Shown here: one piece after another, positions 28,280-37,407 of the stretch
Position numbering within the stretch: position 1 is the first letter of the stretch
How the letters are laid out: each line of letters begins with the position of its first letter
DNA from: an uncultured Spirochaetota bacterium
GTDB taxonomy: Bacteria; Spirochaetota; Brevinematia; Brevinematales; JAOACQ01
DNA length: 64,000 nt
Direction: 5' to 3'
Assembly (NCBI GenBank): GCA_963768055.1
Contig: CAVYGN010000001.1
Location: forward strand, 800,001 to 864,000
The notes under the pieces: model-generated
Seen by the model: the letters and a program-made list of their open reading frames with translations, nothing else
Told to the model about the DNA's origin: nothing
Databases searched by the model: none
Translations under genes and position numbers: made by a program

Positions 28280-28687
28280 CTATCCCCCGTATTTGAATTT
28301 ATTTATTGTCCGCCTTTCCTTTTTATCGGGTTTACCCTTGCGTTTTACCCGGTCTTTTTTCGCCTGTTTATCCAAAATTTTAATTATTTCTTCCATTTCA
28401 GGCGTAATTCCAGGTGCTTTTTCTTCATCATAGTATTCCCTTGCGAGGGAGGCTTTCACCTGTTTTTCAGTGATAACCTTAATTTTTATTGTCCTGTACT
28501 TATTGTCCTGCCTGACAGTCAGCACATCACCGGCCCTGACCATTTTAGCCGGCTTTGTCCTCTCGCCGTTGATCTTAACGGCGCCCCCGTCTACAGCCTC
28601 CGACGCGTCGGTCCTTGTTTTGAAAATCCTGGCTATCTTCAGCCATCTGTCTATCCGCATTGCCTGCAGGAGTTCGTTCTTTTCCAT
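28280..28687 (-). CDS. S4-domain RNA-binding protein, Hsp15/HslR-like
   Basis: MRIDRWL..ARIFKTR..A, G.VKING, KPAK.V..GD and GKPDKKERR motifs; start codon uncertain. Confidence 0.88.
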   Translation of the reverse strand: MEKNELLQAMRIDRWLKIARIFKTRTDASEAVDGGAVKINGERTKPAKMVRAGDVLTVRQDNKYRTIKIKVITEKQVKASLAREYYDEEKAPGITPEMEEIIKILDKQAKKDRVKRKGKPDKKERRTINKFKYGG

Positions 28688-28750
28688 GAGATATTTTAGC
28701 TTTGATATTAATTTTGAGCAAATTGGGAACCGATTAAAACAATATATTAA

Positions 28751-28915
28751 GGGCACTTCTAAAAACCGCCTTTTCACGCCGAGCAAGTCGGCACAAGGGC
28801 GGCAAGTTAGTGCCCATAGGGTTTATGCCCGTAGGGTGTTTATGCCCGAAGGGTGCGGTTTCATTACTATTAGAATATCATTTGTTAATAACAAAGTTAG
28901 TTTTTGGAACCGCCC
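28751..28915. mobile_element. MITE-like non-autonomous element (165 bp)
   Basis: Terminal inverted repeats GGGCACTTCTAAAAAC and GGGCGGTTCCAAAAAC (13/16 match), with TTAA on both flanks. Three internal TGCCCRWAGGG hairpin repeats. Confidence 0.6.
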
Positions 28916-29195
28916 TTAATCTTTATGAAACCAAATTTTATTGCGCGGGATTTCGTAAGCTTGAGTTGCTGCGTTTCAAAACGGCGGTAAGCGCTTTTAT
29001 GAGAATCAAGTATATTATCGATTCATATAGATTCATATAGATGATAATAAAATTTCTTTTTTAAAAAAAGCGTTCAATCACGCTTGCGCAGCTGTTTTGA
29101 ACTGATACGGCTCATACCCTTCGGGCAAAAGCGCTCTCGAGTACTGCTCGATAAAAATTGACTTCATCCGGAATTATGATTGTTTTAATCGGTCC

Positions 29196-29846
29196 TTATT
29201 TCGGGTACCCCAGCGGCATAATGTAGAGCGGGATCTCGTCGCTGCCGAGCTTCAATTCATCGGTAATTCCTTTAATATTCATGCTTGCCACAATTCGGGT
29301 CCCTATGCCCAGGGCATCGGCGGCAAGATAAACATTTTCCGCTATGCATCCGGCCGTGGCGTTAGCCATAGCCTTTCCGGACTCTTTATTGACATAGATC
29401 GGCATCATATTCAGTTTCGCGGTGAGAATAAGAACATGGCTGGCTTTAGGAATATCTCCCTGAGAACCTATTCTGTTTTTTATGCCGGCATCCGAAATAA
29501 ATTTCAGGGTTTTGTTCTGTGGGTCGTATAGATACGTACCTTCGGAGGATGCGACATAGATATTGATGTAATAGATACCGAAAGCCGAAGGGGCGGTCCG
29601 CTTACCGTCCTTGCGGTTGACACCGTCGGCGGCCCAAAGGATCGTGGAAAGATCTTTCAGGGAAATTATTTTATCGGAGAAATCCCTGGCGGATTTCCGG
29701 TTTTCAAGGGCTGTGATCAGATCCATGCCGAGGCTTGACTGGGGATCTGCAAGTTTTATATCCTTACTCTCAGAAAATAAGGGTATCGTCAAAATTGTCG
29801 AATTAAGAATAAATCCTGCGATAAGGATTAAAGCTAACCCTTTCAT
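29196..29846 (-). CDS. Nitroreductase family (SagB/ThcOx-like) flavoprotein with an N-terminal hydrophobic leader
   Basis: RKSARDF, LSTILWAA.G, RTAPSA, ENVYL and MPLGYP motifs. Confidence 0.88.
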   Translation of the reverse strand: MKGLALILIAGFILNSTILTIPLFSESKDIKLADPQSSLGMDLITALENRKSARDFSDKIISLKDLSTILWAADGVNRKDGKRTAPSAFGIYYINIYVASSEGTYLYDPQNKTLKFISDAGIKNRIGSQGDIPKASHVLILTAKLNMMPIYVNKESGKAMANATAGCIAENVYLAADALGIGTRIVASMNIKGITDELKLGSDEIPLYIMPLGYPK

Positions 29847-29994
29847 TTTATCCTCCCTTTACGGCGTCGGTAAATTTTAGCCCGGTTCCGGAGAATAATC
29901 AATTATGGTGCTGCTATAACACCATTTTATTTGATTTTATAGCCATGCTTATTTATCATAATATTCGTTATAAAGTCCTTCATGAAAGGTTTAT

Positions 29995-31311
29995 ATGTTT
30001 AAAACCGTATTCAAGAACGCCACCCCGGCCCTTGTTTTTATTCCCCTGATCCTTACCCTAATCGGGTTAGTTTTCATTTTCAGCGCCGATATAAACGCGA
30101 ATGGCACAAACAACGGCCTTTATTTGAAACAGCTTCTCTGGATTGTCACCGGTCTGACTATCGCCTATTTCATTATTAACATCGACTACTTTATCTTCGT
30201 TGAGACTTCCCTTTATTACTATATCGGGGGGCTGGTCCTCCTGTTAATAACCCTGCTTCTGGGCAAGAACATCAGGGGTCACAAGAGCTGGATGGGTTTT
30301 GCGGGCCTGGGTATAGAGCCTTCAGAAATAATGAAAGTTTGCTACATTCTCTATTTTGCGAAGTATCTGGCAAATGCCCCTTCAATTGAAAAAAAGACCC
30401 AGGTGTTTTTTGTATCCCTGGGCCTGCTTGCCGCGCCCCTTTTGCTGATTCTTCTTCAGCCCGATTTTGCGACATCAGCTGTCTATATTTTCATTTTCCT
30501 TGTAATGGCTTATTTAGGCATGGCTGATACCATTTATATCAAATATATTCTGCTTACCGGGACAGCCACGATTTTTGTCTTTCTGGCCGAGGGCTTTTAC
30601 AAGGCTTACCTGCTTAACGGGGGAAATATTAACCCTGTCATTGAAACGATACTAAATGCGAATACCTTCTTCATTATCAGTATTGTAATGTTTTTATATA
30701 CTCTGATCATATTCGTGATCGAGTTTTTCCAGTCGATGAGCATTTCAAAAAAGATCCTTCCGGTTACCACAATTGTCGGCTCAAGCTGCCTGATCCTTGC
30801 CGTCAGTTTTAAAATTTTCAAACCTTATATGTGGAACAGGATCTTGATGATGTTCAGCCCTGAATTCGACAAGAGCGGTGCGGGTTATAATATAATACAG
30901 TCAAAGATCGCAATCGGCTCTGGGGGATTTTTCGGCAGGGGCATCTTCCAGGGAACCCAGAATATTCTCGGTTTTCTTCCTGAAAAAAGCACCGATTTTA
31001 TTTTTGCAATAATCTGCGAGGAATTGGGATTTTTAGGGGGTTTCCTGATCCTGGGCCTGTTCGGGCTATATCTTTATAATATAAGCAGGACAATCCAGAA
31101 CGCAAAAGACAAGGAGGGTATGCTCGTCGCCAGCGGCATACTTGCCATGCTCTTCATACATCTATTTATAAACGTAGGGATGACCCTGGGGCTCATCCCG
31201 GTTGCCGGTATCCCTCTTCCGTTTATTAGTTACGGAGGTTCAAGCTATATCGGTTTTATAGTGGCGGCTGCAATTATCCTTAATATCAATATAAGAAGAT
31301 TTGTCCACTAG
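29995..31311 (+). CDS. rodA: SEDS-family peptidoglycan glycosyltransferase RodA
   Basis: KSW, EPSE..K, LQPDF, GYNIIQSKIAIGSGG..GRG...GTQ...FLPE..TDFIF and GIPLPFISYGGSS motifs. Confidence 0.88.
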   Translation: MFKTVFKNATPALVFIPLILTLIGLVFIFSADINANGTNNGLYLKQLLWIVTGLTIAYFIINIDYFIFVETSLYYYIGGLVLLLITLLLGKNIRGHKSWMGFAGLGIEPSEIMKVCYILYFAKYLANAPSIEKKTQVFFVSLGLLAAPLLLILLQPDFATSAVYIFIFLVMAYLGMADTIYIKYILLTGTATIFVFLAEGFYKAYLLNGGNINPVIETILNANTFFIISIVMFLYTLIIFVIEFFQSMSISKKILPVTTIVGSSCLILAVSFKIFKPYMWNRILMMFSPEFDKSGAGYNIIQSKIAIGSGGFFGRGIFQGTQNILGFLPEKSTDFIFAIICEELGFLGGFLILGLFGLYLYNISRTIQNAKDKEGMLVASGILAMLFIHLFINVGMTLGLIPVAGIPLPFISYGGSSYIGFIVAAAIILNINIRRFVH

Positions 31312-31460
31312 TGGCCGATCTATTTCAATCGATTAATTAAAATAAGCGGTCCCGGATAAAACGCTTGCTTTCGCCGTTTTAAGATGATGCAGTTCAAGTT
31401 TTCGAATTCAGCGAGCTAAAAATTGACTCTATAGATAAGCTGGATGTTGTTTGAACGGCT

Positions 31461-32192
31461 TCAATTCGTCGATTCCACTTGATTTGTGTTATTGATATTA
31501 TTTGCATTCGACAAGGGGATATACCCAGGCATGTAGTCGGGCAGGCTTGACAGAGTCAGAGAAATGCACTGTTCCGAATGAATGTACAGCGGATGGCCGA
31601 TCATATCCTTCAGGGACTTGACGATCGCCTTGGTAACTAAATCCTTGCCTATGTCTGCCGCGACATTTTTCAGCATATCTTCAGGCCTTGAGCCTAAAAT
31701 GGTAAACACCCTCGATTTAGATTCGACGAATCCCTGTGAAGACTCCCAGTATAAAACGTTACGCCAGCCGTCTATAAACTTTGCATCCAGCCTCACCTCT
31801 TTTTTTGTCTCGATTATACCGACGGTATATTCGAAATTAAGGACCGTGCCGTAAAACAGGCCGTCAACGCCCAGTTGCTGATCGAGCTCCTCCGGCGTTA
31901 TGCTGTTAAGCTGGCCGCCGTATGTTATCCCTAAGTCCTGCAGGATTTTATCGGTTTCATTGGGATCCTGAACTATGTAGCCCTTGTCGTTTAGTTTCTG
32001 GATGAAAAGCAGCCTTACCATAACAGGGCCCTGTTCGTCTTTCGACATGTTTGCAAACGGCAATACCGCGACTATCCTCGGCGGGTTCCAGATATTATCG
32101 GATTTTATATAAACTTTTGATGTCGAAGAACAGCCGGCAAGTATAAAAATGAAAAAAATTAATGAAAAGCAGATTACTGCTTTATTCTGCAT
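31461..32192 (-). CDS. DUF799/GNA1162-like lipoprotein
   Basis: Lipobox LAGC, IVAVLPF.N, L.DKGY and LGVDGLFYGTV motifs; overlaps the CsgG-family gene. Confidence 0.72.
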   Translation of the reverse strand: MQNKAVICFSLIFFIFILAGCSSTSKVYIKSDNIWNPPRIVAVLPFANMSKDEQGPVMVRLLFIQKLNDKGYIVQDPNETDKILQDLGITYGGQLNSITPEELDQQLGVDGLFYGTVLNFEYTVGIIETKKEVRLDAKFIDGWRNVLYWESSQGFVESKSRVFTILGSRPEDMLKNVAADIGKDLVTKAIVKSLKDMIGHPLYIHSEQCISLTLSSLPDYMPGYIPLSNANNINNTNQVESTN

Positions 32193-33091
32193 ATGTCGCC
32201 CTCTGCAATTCCGCTGTCCGAGAGGATTTTACAGTTTGCGCCGTTTTCTCCGAAATAACTTGTTACCTCCAGAGACCCGACAATGTTCTCGGAATAACCA
32301 AGGATATCGCCGGTAGTCTGGCTTTTGATTTCTTCACCGCGCCGGATTACGCTGATTATTGTTCCCAGTGGAAGGTTGCTTGTCTGGCCTGCGTCTATTA
32401 CAACCGTGTTCTGGTCGATTTTTTTTGCGATATGACAGCTCCATGGGATTTTATTCATAGACTGGACAATCTTTTCAACAACGTTCATGATAGCCGCCTT
32501 AAGCGCATCGCCTTCAAGGGCCTCGTCATAGCCTCCGGTCGATCCTATGCCCATAAACGATGAGTAACTTTTCACGGCTTTGCCCTCGCCTGTTTCCGCT
32601 GTTACTACAGTTCCTGTGGCGATGTCTATCAGCCTGACGCTGACTTCGGCGTTTGCCGTTTGGGTCTTGCTGTCGCCGAGTAAGACATCCGAGGATGTAA
32701 TATTAACCCCGAATTTTGTCACGCTCCCTGTGATGATCGCATCGGCCCCGGCAAGGCTGCCTATCGAAACGGCCGTAGAGGTATCCACTAAACCTGACAT
32801 TGATAATTTCTGCTCATCAATTATGGCTGATAGACGCTCCCTTTCAACAAGAATAAACCTTCCGGTATTCTGAAGTACTGAAATAAGTATGTCCGAGGAA
32901 ACATTTCCCAGCCTTCTTTTTCCATAAACAGATTCTACCTTGAAATTGACGACCGCGACCCTCTTTTTCGGGCCGATCAGCTGCTTCGTATCGTTGGGAT
33001 TGGCGTTCTCTTTTATACTGACTTCCCGTGAAGTACAGGAAACCAGGAAAATGGATGTTATAAAAACTGAAAACATTAATATTTTCCGCAT
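32174..33091 (-). CDS. CsgG/HfaB family lipoprotein with an extra C-terminal beta-barrel-like domain
   Basis: Lipobox LVSC, KKRVAVVNF, TGRF.LVERE.L..I.DEQ, GADAIITGSVT.F and VRLID..TG motifs. Confidence 0.85.
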   Translation of the reverse strand: MRKILMFSVFITSIFLVSCTSREVSIKENANPNDTKQLIGPKKRVAVVNFKVESVYGKRRLGNVSSDILISVLQNTGRFILVERERLSAIIDEQKLSMSGLVDTSTAVSIGSLAGADAIITGSVTKFGVNITSSDVLLGDSKTQTANAEVSVRLIDIATGTVVTAETGEGKAVKSYSSFMGIGSTGGYDEALEGDALKAAIMNVVEKIVQSMNKIPWSCHIAKKIDQNTVVIDAGQTSNLPLGTIISVIRRGEEIKSQTTGDILGYSENIVGSLEVTSYFGENGANCKILSDSGIAEGDICRIKQ

Positions 33092-33244
33092 CTTTTTCCT
33101 CCGCTTATTCAATTAAAAATATACACCCACATATATATAAGCGCAAGTCTTTTTCATTATTTTTTTTCAGTACTGTTTATAAAACAAATCACAATGTGAA
33201 ACCGGCGATTGACATTTTGAGCACAGCTGTTTTAATGAAAGGGC

Positions 33245-33274
33245 TTACCATGTAATGGATTTACCATGTAATGG
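33245..33274. repeat. Direct repeat of a 14-bp self-complementary unit
   Basis: TTACCATGTAATGG-AT-TTACCATGTAATGG. Confidence 0.85.
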
Positions 33275-33285
33275 GAAACAGAGCG

Positions 33286-33855
33286 CTATTCTATAGGCGG
33301 TTCAAAATGGAATTTATAATATATTTCTTTATCTAATTTATCGATGGTTTTGAATTTTTCATAAGTAATTGATTTTGCTCCGCAAAGCTCGAGCATTTTA
33401 TTAACATAACCCATTATGACATATTCAAAATAATAATGGTTTATTGGAAAATCAAAAACCCTTACTTCTACGCTTCCTGTTTCATACTTTGTTTCCATAT
33501 GCCCCTCGGTGTAATACACCTGCCACAAAACCGGAATTGCTTCCGTCATCACGCGTCCTATTTTTCTATTCTTAATTAAAACTTTATATGGACCGTCGAC
33601 TAAGGCATATTCTGCGGACTTTTCCCCCATCATCCAATAAACATTATTATTATTGTTATAAAATTTCTGTAAGGCCAAATCGCTGAATAAAAGGAACTTC
33701 TCAACGGGGATCAAGGTAATTGGAATAATATCATTTTTTTTAAAATAGTCATCCTTTGTACTTACTTCATTCAATAATTCATTGAACTTCTCTTCCCCGA
33801 ATTGCGAGATCATCATTTTTTTTCTTGCTAAAAAAGCTGTCCCCTTAACTTCCAC
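33286..33855 (-). CDS. Hypothetical protein resembling DUF2378 / V4R-HNOB-like small-ligand-binding domains
   Basis: N-terminal VKGTAF..RK......FG, MG..SAE.AL.GPYK, W..YY..G and GY...LE.CGAK patterns; GGGAGG RBS before GTG. Confidence 0.5.
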   Translation of the reverse strand: MEVKGTAFLARKKMMISQFGEEKFNELLNEVSTKDDYFKKNDIIPITLIPVEKFLLFSDLALQKFYNNNNNVYWMMGEKSAEYALVDGPYKVLIKNRKIGRVMTEAIPVLWQVYYTEGHMETKYETGSVEVRVFDFPINHYYFEYVIMGYVNKMLELCGAKSITYEKFKTIDKLDKEIYYKFHFEPPIE

Positions 33856-34050
33856 TAAAACCTCCCCTTATACTTTAAATCAGTTTGCTTGAAAATATTA
33901 TTATAATAACCCCATTTTCCTCATTAATCAATATACTTTGATATTTTTATTTGAAAATACTATAATAAAATTTCAGTTTTAAAGTATATGGACTCGTTAT
34001 TTCCCCCGTGTGTTAGGATAGTTGTCGCCTAAAATATTAGGAGACAAAAA

Positions 34051-34533
34051 ATGAATAGTCAAATTCGTTCAGAGGAATTCAGGAAATCTATCGTTCAAAA
34101 GATGTGTATGCCAGGAGGAAAAACAGTATCTGAACTGAGCCAGGAAATAGGAGTATGTGAACAAACCCTTTACAACTGGAGGAAAATGATCCAGAATAAT
34201 GTATCCAGAGGATTCCAGGATAGAAGCCCGAGAGGCTGGAAATTATCTGATAAATATCAGGCGGTAGTAGACGCAGCAAGCCAATCGGGAGAAGAGTTAG
34301 GACAGTGGTTGAGAAAAAATGGTCTCCAGTCGACTCATATCGAACTCTGGAAACAGGAGTGTTTATCAGTGATATCTAATAACTCATACAGAGAAGAAAA
34401 CAAGGGTTTGAAAGCAAAAATCATAGAGTTAGAAAAAGAAATTAACCGTAAGGATAAAACTATAGCCGAGGTTACTTCTCTGCTGGTGCTTAAAAAAAAA
34501 CTGAACAAGCTGTTCGGGATCGAGGAAGATTAA
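34051..34533 (+). CDS. IS3-family transposase OrfA (HTH + coiled coil)
   Basis: HTH TVSELSQEIGV..QTLYNW and leucine-zipper-like ELEKEINRKDK..AE..LLVLKKK; A9 run at 34492-34500. Confidence 0.9.
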   Translation: MNSQIRSEEFRKSIVQKMCMPGGKTVSELSQEIGVCEQTLYNWRKMIQNNVSRGFQDRSPRGWKLSDKYQAVVDAASQSGEELGQWLRKNGLQSTHIELWKQECLSVISNNSYREENKGLKAKIIELEKEINRKDKTIAEVTSLLVLKKKLNKLFGIEED

Positions 34534-35567
34534 CTCCATTGGATATACGCATAGATATCTGTGCCTTGATTAATGAGGCTGTTACGACAGGGGCCAGCAG
34601 GGATAAGGCTTGTGAAGAATCTGGCTATGATATAAGGACCATACAGCGCTGGAATAAAAATCTTGAGGGAGACAGAAGAAAATTGAGAAATGTAATGCCT
34701 TCAAATGCCCTGTCGGCCGAAGAAAGGGAGGAGATCATCTCCTGCTGTTGCAGCGAGAGATTTAGAGATATGACGCCGAATGAAATAGTGCCCATGCTGG
34801 CAGAGGAAGGTCGGTATATAGCATCAGAATCATCTTTTTACCGCGTTTTAAAGGACAATGATTTGCTGCACCATAGATACGAAACGAAGCCGAAAACGGC
34901 AAGGAAAACGCCAAGAGAACTGGAAGCGACGGGTCCTAATCAGGTATGGAGTTGGGATATTACATATATATCCAGTCATATAAAAGGTAAGTATTTCTAC
35001 CTCTATATGATCGAAGATGTCTGGAGCCGTAAGATAGTCGGCTGGAAAATGCACGAGGAGGAAAGCTCTGATCATGCCGCAAGAATGGTGGCAGAGATCG
35101 GAGAAACCATTGATTTGAAAGGCTTGTATTTACATTCTGATAATGGTTCTCCTATGAAAGGGGCTACGATGTTAGCGACCTTGCAGAGGTTACAGGTTAT
35201 GCCGTCGTTTTCAAGGCCGAGTGTAAGTAACGATAACCCTTACTCAGAATCATTGTTTAAAACATTGAAATATAATGTGAAATACCCAGGCAATTTCGAG
35301 ACAATGGAATCGGTAGAAATATGGATGCAAAATTTTGTAGACTGGTATAATAATAAACATCTTCATTCAGGGATCGGATATGTCACACCAGCACAGAGAC
35401 ATGAAGGTAAAGATAAGGCGATACTCCTGAAGAGAGCGGAAACTTATGCGGCTGCAAAAAGCAGACATCCTGAAAGATGGTCAGGAGAATCTAAAAAATG
35501 GGAACGGATAGAATCGGTATTTTTAAACCCGAGTAAGACTAACAAGGAATCGTTGGTTGCGGCGTAA
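34494..35567 (+). CDS. IS3-family transposase OrfB (DDE integrase core), -1 frame relative to OrfA
   Basis: PNQVWSWDITY, HSDNGSP, SNDNPYSESLFKTLKY and WYN..H.HSGI..VTP motifs; the frame is open from the A9 run. Confidence 0.93.
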   Translation, partial: KKTEQAVRDRGRLTPLDIRIDICALINEAVTTGASRDKACEESGYDIRTIQRWNKNLEGDRRKLRNVMPSNALSAEEREEIISCCCSERFRDMTPNEIVPMLAEEGRYIASESSFYRVLKDNDLLHHRYETKPKTARKTPRELEATGPNQVWSWDITYISSHIKGKYFYLYMIEDVWSRKIVGWKMHEEESSDHAARMVAEIGETIDLKGLYLHSDNGSPMKGATMLATLQRLQVMPSFSRPSVSNDNPYSESLFKTLKYNVKYPGNFETMESVEIWMQNFVDWYNNKHLHSGIGYVTPAQRHEGKDKAILLKRAETYAAAKSRHPERWSGESKKWERIESVFLNPSKTNKESLVAA

Positions 35568-35695
35568 AATAAAAGCGACAACTCCCTTGACAAAAACCGT
35601 TTCTAATACTTTGACATAGCGGAATGTTCGGTACTGAAAGGGATTACATCGAGGAAATTTTCGGGTAAAATCAGAGTTTAAAGGGAGAATCAAAG

Positions 35696-36217
35696 ATGTT
35701 TTCCGCAACAGACGCTATCAGGATGTTTGCAAGATATAACGCTTATTCTAATAATGAAATGAATAAGATAATTTCACAGCTTACGCCGGAAGAGTGGGAA
35801 AAAGAATTGGGAGGCTATTACAAGAGTGTAAAAGCCCTCTGCACCCATATTTATTTGTCAGATTTTTTATGGCTGAAAAGAATGGAGAAAATAAGAAAGT
35901 TTAAGTACCTTGATATGCCTGTAATGAAGGAAAATCACAGCTGGCATAGTGTTCCGTTTAATTCTGTTGAAGAATACAAAGTTTTAAGGGATAATTTAGA
36001 CAATGTTTTCAGCAAACTTGCAGACGAGGTCAATGAGGATGATCTTGAAAAAGACCTGAATTATATAAATATCAAGGGCGAACCTTTGAGCTGGAAATTC
36101 GGGACATTGATTTTTCATGTTTTCAATCATCAAACCCATAACAGGGGTTTAACCTCAATTTACCTGGAATTACTGAACAAACCTAACGATTACAACAGCC
36201 TTATGGCCTCATTATGA
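35696..36217 (+). CDS. DinB family protein
   Basis: YNAYSN, SV..L..HI..SD..WL.R and HVFNHQTHNRG motifs. Confidence 0.85.
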   Translation: MFSATDAIRMFARYNAYSNNEMNKIISQLTPEEWEKELGGYYKSVKALCTHIYLSDFLWLKRMEKIRKFKYLDMPVMKENHSWHSVPFNSVEEYKVLRDNLDNVFSKLADEVNEDDLEKDLNYINIKGEPLSWKFGTLIFHVFNHQTHNRGLTSIYLELLNKPNDYNSLMASL

Positions 36218-36283
36218 GATTTTTATTTGTCAATTCTATAATAACATTTCTCGTTTGAAAGCAGAGGATAATATGAAATATTA

Positions 36284-36335
36284 TTGACATCCGCCCCTCC
36301 ATTTGATATAATATGCAAATGCAAATTATTTGCAT
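36284..36335 (+). promoter_or_regulatory. Consensus sigma70 promoter followed by a Zur/Fur-type palindromic operator
   Basis: TTGACA (36284-36289), N17, TATAAT (36307-36312), then ATGCAAAT-T-ATTTGCAT (36319-36335). Confidence 0.85.
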
Positions 36336-36360
36336 ATTAAAATTCAAAGGAGGAAAATTT

Positions 36361-37296
36361 ATGAGACGCCCGGGAATTATTTTTGCCGCTGTCATAGTCC
36401 TTTCGGCTGTCCTTATGATTGAGTCCTGCGTTGGAAAAAACTCGGCTTCCAGCGGAGGAGGCAAACTGCTGGTCTATTCAAGTTTCTACGCAATGTACGA
36501 CCTTACAAAAAAAATCGGCGGGGAAAGGATCGATCTTGTCAACCTTGTTCCCGCGGGAACGGAACCCCATGAATGGGAACCATCCCCGGGCGATATTGTC
36601 AACCTTGAAAAAGCCGATGTTTTTGTCTATAACGGCGCGAGCATGGAGGGCTGGGTGGACAAGGTAATTCCTGCACTGAAAAACAAAAAATTGATAAGCG
36701 TTGAAACTTCAAAAGAGATCAAACTTCATGAAAATCCGGAAAAGGGTGATAATCCTGTAAAGGGCGAAAATCTCAAATACGATCCGCATGTTTGGCTTTA
36801 TCCGATGAACGCGGTTAAGCAGATGGAAGCCATTATGGAAGCACTGTCCAGGGCCGACCCGGCCGGGGCGGATTATTACAAAAGCAATTTTATCGTTTAC
36901 TCGGAGAAATTTTCCGAACTCGATAAAGAGTACAGGGATGCCCTGGCAAAGGTGAAAAACCGGAACATAGTCGTTTCTCACCAGGCTTTCGGGTACCTTT
37001 GCGAGGCCTACGGGCTTAACCAGGTAGCCATCGAAGGCCTTGAAGCGGATTCGGAGCCTGCCGCTGAAAAAATGGCCGAAATATCCGATTTTGCCAGGAA
37101 AAACGGCGTTAAGTATATCTTTTTCGAAGATCTTGTCAGCCCTAAAGTTGCCGAAGCTCTAGCAAGGGAGATCGGCGCTAAAACCGAAACCTTCAATCCC
37201 CTCGAAGGTCTTTCCGACAAGGAAATCTCAGAAGGAAAGGAATATTTAAGCGTGATGAGAGACAATCTTGCCACACTTGAAAAAGCCTTGAAGTAA
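36361..37296 (+). CDS. Zn/Mn ABC transporter substrate-binding lipoprotein (ZnuA/AdcA-like)
   Basis: EPHEWEP, DPHVWL.P, SHQAFGY and NPLEG motifs; AGGAGG RBS before ATG 36361. Confidence 0.92.
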   Translation: MRRPGIIFAAVIVLSAVLMIESCVGKNSASSGGGKLLVYSSFYAMYDLTKKIGGERIDLVNLVPAGTEPHEWEPSPGDIVNLEKADVFVYNGASMEGWVDKVIPALKNKKLISVETSKEIKLHENPEKGDNPVKGENLKYDPHVWLYPMNAVKQMEAIMEALSRADPAGADYYKSNFIVYSEKFSELDKEYRDALAKVKNRNIVVSHQAFGYLCEAYGLNQVAIEGLEADSEPAAEKMAEISDFARKNGVKYIFFEDLVSPKVAEALAREIGAKTETFNPLEGLSDKEISEGKEYLSVMRDNLATLEKALK

Positions 37297-37407
37297 TCAA
37301 GAAATACCGCATAGAGGGAAAATTCCCGGCAGAAGGGATATTGGATATTCTGCATACAGCTATGGTCCGGCTAAGCGGTATTTTACCTATCGGACCGCGG
37401 CCTACTT

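Larger units (their letters stand above)
34011..35592 (+). mobile_element. IS3-family insertion sequence
   Basis: Imperfect IRs TGTTAGGATAGTTGTCGC and TGTCAAGGGAGTTGTCGC (14/18; TG...CA ends) enclose orfA and orfB. The exact ends may differ by a few nt. Confidence 0.88.

Noticed and set aside
28811..28853. CRISPR array
   Set aside because: The repeats are 11 bp with 4-6 nt gaps, far from CRISPR repeat/spacer sizes, and no cas genes are in the window.
28810..29040. Small ORF MPIGFMPVG... as a real gene
   Set aside because: It is simply the translation of the mini-repeats inside the MITE-like element, with no RBS and no protein-like features.
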